From Candidatus Poseidoniales archaeon (GTDB lineage: Archaea; Thermoplasmatota; Poseidoniia; Poseidoniales; Poseidoniaceae), in the NCBI GenBank assembly GCA_028283345.1, contig JAPOGE010000002.1, forward strand, positions 1-51,643: DNA of 51,643 bases, read 5' to 3'. The position numbers and the translations under genes are program-made. Position 1 is the stretch's first letter. Every line of letters starts with the position of its first letter. Below, one piece after another: positions 1 to 7,584 of the stretch. Below the pieces are notes generated by a model. It saw only the letters and a program-made list of their open reading frames with translations, was not told the origin of the DNA and did not search any database.

Positions 1-691
1 CAACTCCGGTTTTGAGAAGTTCCTCAGCACAGGTGGTAAACGCCAACACTACATCATCGACATGAATGAAATCTCTGCTCGCCGAGCCTTCGCCATAAAT
101 CACCAGGTTCTCTCCGGCCAAGGTTTTCTTGCGAAAGAGAGCGATGACCCCCGAAGATGGTGAGTGGTCGGATTGTCCGGGACCATAGACATTGAATAGA
201 CGCAGCGCTGAAGTCGCCAATTCGGCGCCGAACTCGCGCACCAATACGTCGGCATGACCCTTTGCCTCGCCGTAGGGGGACTGCGGTGAAAGCGGATGCT
301 TTTCGTCGACTGGCAAATATTTGGGGTCGCCATAAATCGCCGCGCTTGAGGCGAACACAAAGGCGCCGACCCCAGCTTCGGATGAGGCTTTGAGCAAGTT
401 CTTTGTCGCTTCATAATTGATGGCAAAATTCTTCTTCGGCGCATCGATACTTCCCTGCACCGAGACCATCGCGGCCAAATGGAATACGCAGTCGATTCCC
501 TTTACAGCACTACTTATTGCGGCGCCATCGACAATATCGGCAGCGATATATTCTGAGAAATTCGCATCCCGTGGTTGTCGCATGTCAAAGATGGTGACAT
601 GAGCACCTTGAGCATGTAATGAAGCGGCGAGATGACCACCGATGAAACCGGAACCACCGGTGACCAATACCCGCCGATTATCCCAATACAC
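1..691 (-). CDS. NAD-dependent epimerase/dehydratase (extended SDR, UDP-glucose 4-epimerase-like); 3' end cut by window edge
   Basis: Absent from the ORF track because it runs off the window. My own reverse-strand translation opens at GTG 691 with VYWDNRRVLVTGGSGFIGGHL (Rossmann GxxGxxG). It continues DCVFHLAAMVS, SPYGEAK (catalytic YxxxK) and GEGSASRDFIHVDDV, with no stop down to position 1. Track ORF 100..444 is in another frame. Confidence 0.8.
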   Translation of the reverse strand, partial: MYWDNRRVLVTGGSGFIGGHLAASLHAQGAHVTIFDMRQPRDANFSEYIAADIVDGAAISSAVKGIDCVFHLAAMVSVQGSIDAPKKNFAINYEATKNLLKASSEAGVGAFVFASSAAIYGDPKYLPVDEKHPLSPQSPYGEAKGHADVLVREFGAELATSALRLFNVYGPGQSDHSPSSGVIALFRKKTLAGENLVIYGEGSASRDFIHVDDVVLAFTTCAEELLKTGV

Positions 692-777
692 AATTGTTCG
701 GGGGGATAATATTGGCTATTAGTATGTCCTCATCTATACGGGCGAGGAATCAAAAACACCAGTGATTTCGCCATTCC

Positions 778-1935
778 ATGATGGCGCGTCGCCGCTGCGC
801 GGTTCTCGGTGCAACCGGATTGGTCGGTCAGCGTTTGCAACAACGATTGATAAATCATCCATGGTTTGAATTGGCCGCGGTCGTAGGTAGTAGCGAAAGT
901 GCCGGAAAACGGCTTTCCCAACTACCTTGGAGACTCGATGAGGAGCGGCCGGAATCACTTGATATCAAGGTGATATACAGTGGTGATATGAATTTGATTT
1001 CCCAATTGATGAAACAAAAAATCCAATTTATTTTCTCGGCACTCCCCAGAGCTATCGCCGCGACGATGGAAGAGTCATTGGCACAGGCTGGTTTCCAGGT
1101 ATTCTCAAACTCCTCCCACCATCGTCGTCAAGATGGGATCCCGCTGATTATCGCCGACCTGAACCCCAACCACATGCTCCACTACCGCGGCCAGAACTAC
1201 CACGAGCAACACCATGATGAGCAACACCGTAGCGGCGCGAAGCGCAATGGCTCGCTGGCGTGTTCGACCAATTGCACCGTTATCCCGGTAGCACTGCCAC
1301 TCAAGTCATTGTGGGATATGGTGGGATTCGACCATGTTTCGGTAAGGACCAAACAGGCACTTTCGGGCGGCGGTTGGAAACTGCTGGCCGATGCAGCCGC
1401 ACAGAATGGCGAGTTCAATCCCGAGATATCAGGTGAGGCCGAAAAAGTGGCGGGCGAACTGAGACATGTATTGGGTCGAGTCTATGAAGACCGGGTCGAG
1501 CCTGGAAACTTCACTACAGATATATCGTGTGAGAGAGTTGGTGAGAAAGACGGTCATTTGGTGGAAGTGGAGGTTCACCTTTCCCGGGAAGTGGATTTGG
1601 ACGAGGTGAAGGAATGGATGCGGTCGACGAGTAACCGGCCACAGCACCTATCTCTACCTTCGGCACCAAAACCTCCGGTGGTGATTATCGATGGGATCCC
1701 CAACCGCTGCGACCATCTGTGGATGGGTTCGGAATTATTGGCCGCAGATTCTCCCGACACCGACCCTTCACGCGACCTCAAAGCCGGTATGGGCGTGACC
1801 GTCGGGGCGATGGAGATGTTGACTCCGAAAACCCTCAGATTCACAGCCCTGAGTCATAATACGATTCGCGGTGCGGCTGGCGGCTGTATCCTACTGGCAG
1901 AGCTGGCCCTGGCCGAGGGTGTGATCGGCGATTAG
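778..1935 (+). CDS. asd: Aspartate-semialdehyde dehydrogenase, archaeal type
   Basis: 385-aa ORF. It has VLGATGLVGQRL (NAD(P) loop), HPWFEL, FSALP, an STNCT active-site Cys region and C-terminal LSHNTIRGAAGG. These are collinear with archaeal ASADH as I recall it (M. jannaschii type). It carries a His/Gln-rich insertion, HYRGQNYHEQHHDEQHRSG. Confidence 0.85.
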   Translation: MMARRRCAVLGATGLVGQRLQQRLINHPWFELAAVVGSSESAGKRLSQLPWRLDEERPESLDIKVIYSGDMNLISQLMKQKIQFIFSALPRAIAATMEESLAQAGFQVFSNSSHHRRQDGIPLIIADLNPNHMLHYRGQNYHEQHHDEQHRSGAKRNGSLACSTNCTVIPVALPLKSLWDMVGFDHVSVRTKQALSGGGWKLLADAAAQNGEFNPEISGEAEKVAGELRHVLGRVYEDRVEPGNFTTDISCERVGEKDGHLVEVEVHLSREVDLDEVKEWMRSTSNRPQHLSLPSAPKPPVVIIDGIPNRCDHLWMGSELLAADSPDTDPSRDLKAGMGVTVGAMEMLTPKTLRFTALSHNTIRGAAGGCILLAELALAEGVIGD

Positions 1936-1956
1936 GGAACTTGATGCCATAACCCC

Positions 1957-1967
1957 CATAATATAAG
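1957..1967 (+). promoter_or_regulatory. TATA-box-like element upstream of ORF 1993
   Basis: CATAATATAAG lies about 30 nt upstream of ATG 1993, embedded in the CCCCC...GGGGG inverted repeat right after the asd stop. The spacing fits an archaeal promoter with a short or absent leader. Confidence 0.35.
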
Positions 1968-1992
1968 GGGGAGTCCGAACTTTGGTGGCCGC

Positions 1993-3471
1993 ATGGGAAT
2001 TACCGTAGTTCTTGAGAATATGATGCTCACACAACTTGCTGACGAAGGTCATGAGAGATGGCCGGAAATCTGGTCGGACGACCAGTCGAGAATCCGTATC
2101 TTGATGCTGTGTCTGCGAAAAGAGCGACCATTGCTCGAGGTTCATGGCGATATGATCGACCACGACCATCCGGTGTTCGGTCTTTTCTTCCGCCCCAGAA
2201 ACACCGCGAAACTACTCACAGAACAAGACTTCGACCCGCGCTCAGCCTCATTCCAATTCCTCGATATCGCCACCACCGATCTGGGTAAGTGGGTTCAGCA
2301 CCTGATTACCAATGATGGATGGCTACGTTCGATGACCGAAATCCTGCCGGTGCCGATGCATCTTAGAATCGGACTTACCAGAGCATTTGAAGGCTATTCC
2401 ATTCCTTGTTTTCGCCACCCGGACCTCCCCCCATTAGGACGTCTTCACCTACCGATGCAGGCAGAGAGTTTGGTCGGCAAGGCCTTCGTCAGTATTCCGC
2501 GCTTGGGAGCGGAAGAATTAGCCACCCGAAGAGGGGCCGAATTATTAGTCAAGGCAGGCGGCGTTTCATCTATTTCAGAGACGAAGATTCATTCACCTGT
2601 GGCTGAGAATGTTCCCATACCGCAGGCGAAATCAAAGACTGACGACACCCTCCACCCACCTGCTATTCCTGCCGCACAGGTCAGCACAATCCCGGATTCT
2701 CACCAACCTGATGCGCCGGAGTTGGCTCCGGCTATTGCCGATTTTCCTAAATCCCAAGACGACTCGGTGAGAGGAGATGAAACCGCTATCGAAGATGACG
2801 ATGGCTTCAGCGAGGAACTTCTCGCAAGTGTAACCCATTCGGCAGGACGTGGCCGAATCCGAGAGGAGATGTCATCTCAACCCTACGAGCGAGATGAGAG
2901 TGATTCATCATCGCCTGATTCTCCCGATTCGAATCTGACCGGAACAGAGGAAAATGATGCGGAAGGGTCCGATTCTGAGGGTGATGGTGGGGATTCTGAA
3001 GAGCGTATAATCGAGTCAACGGCCAAGGAAGAGACAACCGAAATTGAGTTTGTTTTCCCGGAGTTGGATGCAGATTTCAAGGGTAGTGGCCACTCGGGAG
3101 ACAAATCAACCACCAAAATTTCACCACCGTCCAGCCCACCGAGCCCACCGAGCCCACCGAGCCCACCGAGCCCCCCGAGCCCACCGAGCGGACCACCGTC
3201 GGGGCCGCCCAGCCCCCCAAGCCCACCGAGTGGACCACCGTCGGGGCCGCCCAGCCCCCCAAGTCCACCGAATCGACCCCCGACATCTCCACCCGGCTCG
3301 GATGAATCACCGATAGGTGAATTCCGCAAGGTTGTCGCAGGTCTATTAGCGAAGGGGGTGCCGGCGACTGAGATCATGGATAATCCCGAGTTTCAAAAGG
3401 TAAGTGAGGTGGCGACCGCAGCAGGGGCCGATACCTGGTCAATCTTTCTTGAGATTTCGGGTGCTGCATGA
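1993..3471 (+). CDS. Hypothetical acidic protein with C-terminal Pro/Ser tandem repeat
   Basis: 492-aa ORF. The roughly 200-aa N-terminal region has no motif I recognise. It is followed by a long D/E/S-rich segment, then PPSSPPSPPSPPSPPSPPSPPSGPPSGPPSPPSPPSGPPSGPPSPPSPP, and a short alpha-like tail. Confidence 0.6.
   Translation: MGITVVLENMMLTQLADEGHERWPEIWSDDQSRIRILMLCLRKERPLLEVHGDMIDHDHPVFGLFFRPRNTAKLLTEQDFDPRSASFQFLDIATTDLGKWVQHLITNDGWLRSMTEILPVPMHLRIGLTRAFEGYSIPCFRHPDLPPLGRLHLPMQAESLVGKAFVSIPRLGAEELATRRGAELLVKAGGVSSISETKIHSPVAENVPIPQAKSKTDDTLHPPAIPAAQVSTIPDSHQPDAPELAPAIADFPKSQDDSVRGDETAIEDDDGFSEELLASVTHSAGRGRIREEMSSQPYERDESDSSSPDSPDSNLTGTEENDAEGSDSEGDGGDSEERIIESTAKEETTEIEFVFPELDADFKGSGHSGDKSTTKISPPSSPPSPPSPPSPPSPPSPPSGPPSGPPSPPSPPSGPPSGPPSPPSPPNRPPTSPPGSDESPIGEFRKVVAGLLAKGVPATEIMDNPEFQKVSEVATAAGADTWSIFLEISGAA
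3121..3290 (+). repeat. In-frame tandem repeat (9-nt AGCCCACCG units plus a duplicated ~42-48-nt unit) encoding (SPP)n/(SGPPSGPPSPPSPP)2
   Basis: Direct reading of 3121-3290 shows gagcccaccg repeated five times. It is followed by two near-identical copies of agcggaccaccgtcggggccgcccagccccccaagcccaccg. Confidence 0.85.
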
Positions 3472-3483
3472 CGAACATTCAAT

Positions 3484-3768
3484 ATGGGCTCGATTGAGGG
3501 AGAGGGTGGAGAGAGGATGTTCTACTGTACCAATTGCGGTGAAGCACAGGACGATGGGATGACTTTCTGCCGTTTCTGCGGCGAAAAACAACCCGGATTG
3601 CAATTGATCAATCGGTTGCGTTCCGAAGCTCGGAGGCTACGTCAAAGTGGTGAAGAAAGCACCACAGCAGCCACGAATATTCAACAGGAGACGATGTCTA
3701 CCCTGGCACGATTGGAGAAGATGAGGCAAGAGGTTGACGAGGCTGCGCAGCACCGCTCAGGCAGGTGA
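3484..3768 (+). CDS. Small zinc-ribbon protein
   Basis: 94-aa ORF with CTNCGEAQDDGMTFCRFCGEKQ (CxxC-x10-CxxC), then a predicted helical or coiled tail. Its stop overlaps the next gene's GTG start (GTGA at 3765-3768). An alternative start is ATG 3517. Confidence 0.55.
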   Translation: MGSIEGEGGERMFYCTNCGEAQDDGMTFCRFCGEKQPGLQLINRLRSEARRLRQSGEESTTAATNIQQETMSTLARLEKMRQEVDEAAQHRSGR

Positions 3769-4388
3769 GTCGCATTCGCACCAAGCATCTGGCGATGCGG
3801 CTATCGGGCCTGCCACGAGTTGTTGAAAACTCTCCATTCCTAGAGCAATACCAAACCGAAGGTGACCTCGCGGCACGGTGGCTGACCGATATCAATTCCG
3901 ATAATTCTCTGGTTGGTGCCCGGGTTGTCGACCTCGGCGCCGGAAATGGGATTTTGGCGCTGGGAGCATTGCTTCTTGGGGCAAGTCAGGCCACGCTTAT
4001 CGAAGTCGACTCACAGGCGGTCAGAATCGCTGAAATCTATGGCCGAGAAATCGCCGCAGAGACCGGCTCGACAATCGAAGTCATCGAAGCCGAATTGAAG
4101 GGATGGCCACAAGGACTCGATGCCGATGTGGTGATCATGAACCCACCTTGGGGTTTTCAGAGCAAGGGGGCTGACCGGGTATTCATCGAGGCCGCATTGG
4201 CATCTCCGGCAGAAACGATTCATCTGATGCACTCGGCGCAGGCAACCCATCCACCCGAGATGGCACAGCGAGCCGGATGGGAGGTTGAAAAGCGATTCTC
4301 AGCCGAATTTCGCCTGCCCGCTAGTATGGCGCATCATAGCCATCGCACAACCTCTACCCGAGCCACATTCTGGTGTTTCAAGCGCTGA
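3765..4388 (+). CDS. METTL5-like N6-adenine RNA methyltransferase (predicted RNA methylase family)
   Basis: LEQYQT near the N-terminus, VVDLGAGNGILAL (SAM motif I) and VIMNPPWG (NPPW motif IV). Size (207 aa) and motif order fit the archaeal METTL5/COG2263-type enzymes. Confidence 0.7.
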   Translation: MSRIRTKHLAMRLSGLPRVVENSPFLEQYQTEGDLAARWLTDINSDNSLVGARVVDLGAGNGILALGALLLGASQATLIEVDSQAVRIAEIYGREIAAETGSTIEVIEAELKGWPQGLDADVVIMNPPWGFQSKGADRVFIEAALASPAETIHLMHSAQATHPPEMAQRAGWEVEKRFSAEFRLPASMAHHSHRTTSTRATFWCFKR

Positions 4389-4415
4389 GACTAGGATTCT
4401 GCTCAATGGTGTGTA

Positions 4416-4862
4416 TTGAAAAAAGGTACTCTATCCGCATGTATGGACTCGCGCCTAGTCAGTAAAGCGCCGCGTGGTTCTTACCGCCGCTTCATCCTCG
4501 TCGGTGCCTTCAATTCACTGATATTCTACTTATTCTGGCGCGGGTTCATCGAGGCCTTCAGTAATCTGGAACGGGGCGAGACCTGGGCTTGGGCCATGGC
4601 TTGGACGATAGGTAGTTTCATCGCCCACTTCACCCATCGCCACTGGACTTTCGACAACCGTCGCCATATCGCCAAAACCACTACTGGAACTTATCTTGTA
4701 TACATTCTGGGATTGCTTGGCTCGACTATCACCTACGACTTTCTGATCTTGCACATCAATTCATTGAATCTGGTGTTCCTGATCACCATGGCAATGTGGG
4801 GATTAATAGATTGGTGGCTGTTACGAAAACTGGTTTTTCTATACTCGGATGAGGAAGAATAG
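4416..4862 (+). CDS. GtrA-like small membrane protein
   Basis: 148 aa with four predicted TM segments. RRFILVGAFNSLIFYLFWRGF resembles the GtrA-family N-terminal signature. The start codon is TTG. Confidence 0.5.
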   Translation: MKKGTLSACMDSRLVSKAPRGSYRRFILVGAFNSLIFYLFWRGFIEAFSNLERGETWAWAMAWTIGSFIAHFTHRHWTFDNRRHIAKTTTGTYLVYILGLLGSTITYDFLILHINSLNLVFLITMAMWGLIDWWLLRKLVFLYSDEEE

Positions 4863-4885
4863 CAATTATTGAGGCTTCACCCTCC

Positions 4886-5085
4886 AGTGCGTCCGAACCC
4901 AACAATAAGATTCTGAGGACGCACCGCGAGGAACAAGCGAGGAAAATCGATTCTAGAGCAGAATTAACGATGCCCTCCCTGCTCGAATCGCGATTTGATG
5001 AGCGTTTGTGACTCGCTCAAACCGGTCTGAACAAGCACACGCCGAAGACGCAGGCGAGTGAAGGCGAAGGGAATAAATATTTGCG
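4886..5085 (+). repeat. Extragenic repeat family, copy A (hairpin block + CGCGAGGARCAAGCG block + GATGAGCGTYTGYGACTC block)
   Basis: AGTGCGTCCGAAcccaacaATAAGATTCTGAGGACGCACCGCGAGGAACAAGCG at 4886-4939. The 8-bp arms are GTGCGTCC (4887-4894) and GGACGCAC (4917-4924). TTGATGAGCGTTTGTGACTCGCTC lies at about 4994-5018. The copy fills the gap between two convergent genes. Confidence 0.6.
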
Positions 5086-5143
5086 AATGCAATTGGGGAA
5101 CAATTCAGGCTCGGCTTTCGCGAAGGGATACCAAGGTTGGGTT

Positions 5144-6631
5144 TCAGTCCGTCAATCCTTCTTCACTGCGAGCCTGTTGCTCGCGTGATGTGCGCTGACC
5201 ACCATCGCCACCACGCCCTTCTGCGCCACGACCACGATGGCCACCACCACCGCCACCACCACCGGCTGGCTTGGCCATCTGCACCTTGAGAATTCGACTG
5301 TTGAATTTGAATCCATTCAACTCTACGATAGCGGTCTTTGCGTCGGCCTCGGGCATGGTGACGAATCCGAAGCCCTTCGACTTCCCGGTGCCTCGGTCGG
5401 TAACGACGTGTACGTCGATGACTTCACCGTGATTGCCGAACAGGGTTTTCAAACCTTCATCGGTGGTCTCCCACGGAAGCCCGCCGACATACATTCGTGC
5501 CGAGCCGGGGGGTGCCTCGCGCCGCCCGCCACGACCGCCTTCACGCTGACCGCCTCCGCCACCTCTGTCGCCCTTACCGCGATCTCCCCTACTACCGGAA
5601 TCTGCGTCGTTGACGGTGATTCTGCGCCCACCCAATTCACTTTTGTTGAGGGCGATAATCGCCTTGTCGGCATCTTCATCCGCAGCGAAGGTGACGAAGC
5701 CGAATCCTCGGTTATTACCGGTTTCTCGGTCAACCATGACTATCGCGTCGACCACTTCGCCGTGCTTGGCGAATAGCGCTTGGAGTTGTGGGGTTTCGAT
5801 GCCACGGGCGATTCCACCGACGAATAGTTTGCGACCCTGTGGCCGACCACGGTCACGCCCGCCACCGCCACCACCAGCGCGGCCGCGGCCACCTTCGTCA
5901 CTGAATTTCATCATTACCGGCTTACTTCCATCGTTGCGGTAGTCGGCTGAAATCAGACTACTACGGGCTGCTGCGCCCTTGGCGAAATGCCCCTCCGCCG
6001 CTTTGCCCCAGCGCTTACCGCCACGATTCAGTTCACTCAGACCTTGGCCTTGACCATAGCCCATCCCATAGGCGTCAGCGAGCACCCGAAAGGCCTCGTG
6101 GCCACAGTTTTCACAGCGGACGTTCCAATCTTCACCATCGTCGACAGCACTCAGTACCTCACCACAGTCCGGGCAGATGGCGTGGAGAACCCCACAACCT
6201 TCCTTGCCTCGAATTTCTATCCGGGTTACCGGCTTGGTCTCGGTAACCATGGCGCGGATAATGTCTCTGGAACGCATGGCATCTTTGGCCTGATGCATGT
6301 AGCGGTCGACGATTTTGGTGATGTGCATCTGGCCGCGCAGTTGGTCGGGCAAGAGATTGCGAAAATCCTTTCCTTCCACCTCGATGATATTTGCCTCGAC
6401 CATCGATTCCTTGAGTCGGAATACTTCGGCTATCACAATGTCGCCTTTTTCCAACAGGCGTACACTTTCTCCGGCCGGAGAAACGCTAACGGTAGAAGAT
6501 TCTGAATCGAACTCAACGAACCCGGTGATGACGGCGATGATGTCACCGCCCTGGGAAATCACCCCTTCGCCTTCGCTCCATTCACTGCAGTCTGCTACTT
6601 TATTGCCAGGTATTACCAATTCAGAACTCAT
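5144..6631 (-). CDS. csl4: Exosome cap subunit Csl4 (N-terminal domain, S1, Zn-ribbon) fused to two RRM domains separated by RGG/Gly-rich linkers
   Basis: The track ORF extends to 6811, but a Csl4-like N-terminus starts at ATG 6631 (MSSELVIPGNKV), giving 495 aa. The S1-like segment is GQMHITKIVDRYMHQAKDAMRSRDIIRAMV. The Zn-ribbon is CPDCGEVL...CENCGHE. RRM1 has RNP2 KLFVGGI and RNP1 RGFGFVTF. RRM2 has MYVGGL and KGFGFVTM. There are three RGG/G-rich stretches. Confidence 0.8.
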   Translation of the reverse strand: MSSELVIPGNKVADCSEWSEGEGVISQGGDIIAVITGFVEFDSESSTVSVSPAGESVRLLEKGDIVIAEVFRLKESMVEANIIEVEGKDFRNLLPDQLRGQMHITKIVDRYMHQAKDAMRSRDIIRAMVTETKPVTRIEIRGKEGCGVLHAICPDCGEVLSAVDDGEDWNVRCENCGHEAFRVLADAYGMGYGQGQGLSELNRGGKRWGKAAEGHFAKGAAARSSLISADYRNDGSKPVMMKFSDEGGRGRAGGGGGGRDRGRPQGRKLFVGGIARGIETPQLQALFAKHGEVVDAIVMVDRETGNNRGFGFVTFAADEDADKAIIALNKSELGGRRITVNDADSGSRGDRGKGDRGGGGGQREGGRGGRREAPPGSARMYVGGLPWETTDEGLKTLFGNHGEVIDVHVVTDRGTGKSKGFGFVTMPEADAKTAIVELNGFKFNSRILKVQMAKPAGGGGGGGGHRGRGAEGRGGDGGQRTSREQQARSEEGLTD

Positions 6632-6732
6632 GTTTTCACCAGATGTTTGGAGCGTATCAGGGGGGGGGGATTCCGCTATTGCGGAGTGAATATGAACTCG
6701 TCCGGACGATTGGGGTTGTTGAACCCTTCCCC

Positions 6733-6910
6733 AGTGCGTCCGAAACGAAACAGTGGGATTCCAAGGACGCACCGCGAGGAGCAAGCGCAGAGGAAACTGC
6801 GCTGGAAGCAATTCTGTATCCGGATTCAGCGATACGGGACAAAGAGTTTCAGATGAGCGTCTGCGACTCGCTAAGCAGGTCCGAGCAAGCGAAGAGAATC
6901 AATATTTTTG
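6733..6910 (+). repeat. Extragenic repeat family, copy B
   Basis: AGTGCGTCCGAAacgaaacagtgGGATTCCAAGGACGCACCGCGAGGAGCAAGCG, with arms at 6734-6741 and 6765-6772. CAGATGAGCGTCTGCGACTCGCT lies at about 6849-6872 and GAGCAAGCGAAGAGAATCAATATTTTT at the 3' end. It sits in the divergent csl4/TPR intergenic region. Confidence 0.6.
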
Positions 6911-7065
6911 AAAGCCACAACGATACAAGTCTAGGTCGGAGTTCTATAATAATGAATCCAATCCACCCTTACCGAAGTCAGAACATCGTAACGAACATAG
7001 TGGCCTTCGTAGCACCACCCTCATAAAGGTGATTAATTAGGCGAGGCCGATAAGAGGCGTCAGAT

Positions 7066-7581
7066 ATGAGTGATGAACAGATTCAACAAGCAGGTATTGC
7101 CCTTTCGGGTGGAGACTTCAGCGCCGCGATGGAGATTTTCGATGCGATGCGTAACGACGAGCCGGACAATGCCGTCGGTCATTATGGCTGGGCTGAAGCC
7201 GGGTTCATGCGCATCTCCATCGACATGGAAGAAGAGCCACCGGCGGCATTGATAATGCGCGCCTACAAGAAGGCTCTGGAATTGGATGAGGATAACTTGG
7301 AATACGTCAGTAGCTTTGCAAATTTCTGTTTGGATTGTGGCCGCATTCCGATGGCCATCAAAGAATATCAGCGCTTGGAGAAGATGGCTGAATTGAACAA
7401 AATGCCGGTCGAGGACACCTTGTTCGAAGCCAGCCGATTAATAGTTGAGGCGATTGAAAGAATCGACCCACAGCGCAGGAATCCGATGGTTGCACCATGG
7501 ATCAAGCAAGCATTGTTATGGGCTGTCGGCGGTCTTGGGTTCACTGCCGAGTCAGCGGTCGAAACCCTGTCTTCGGATTGA
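7066..7581 (+). CDS. TPR-like repeat protein (hypothetical)
   Basis: 171 aa and helical. It has TPR-like segments AMEIFDAMRNDEPDNAVGHYGWAEA and AYKKALELDEDNLEY. ATTAATTA about 30 nt upstream could be a TATA box. Confidence 0.45.
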   Translation: MSDEQIQQAGIALSGGDFSAAMEIFDAMRNDEPDNAVGHYGWAEAGFMRISIDMEEEPPAALIMRAYKKALELDEDNLEYVSSFANFCLDCGRIPMAIKEYQRLEKMAELNKMPVEDTLFEASRLIVEAIERIDPQRRNPMVAPWIKQALLWAVGGLGFTAESAVETLSSD

Positions 7582-7584
7582 GGT

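Noticed and set aside
100-444. Track ORF 100..444 (-), 114 aa.
   Set aside because: It is out of frame with the epimerase/dehydratase gene, which spans 1..691 on the same strand and carries the GxxGxxG and YxxxK motifs.
3121-3290. Short tandem repeats considered as a CRISPR-like or satellite array.
   Set aside because: The units are 9 nt and about 45 nt with no spacers, are perfectly in frame, and encode an SPP/SGPP low-complexity segment of ORF 1993..3471.
4886-5035. Box C/D sRNA hidden in the repeat: CTGA next to the 3' hairpin arm, TGATGA at ~4996 and CTGA at ~5027, close to nop5-flpA in the same window.
   Set aside because: The CTGA is not conserved (CCGA or CCAA in copies C and B), and TGATGA becomes AGATGA in B and C. 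The spacing between motifs (about 25 nt and about 70 nt) does not fit the 12-nt guide architecture of archaeal C/D sRNAs.
5237-6505. Track ORFs 5237..5776 (+), 5610..5942 (+) and 5987..6505 (+).
   Set aside because: They are antisense to the well-supported Csl4-RRM gene. They arise from GC-rich Gly/Arg codon runs and have no motifs.
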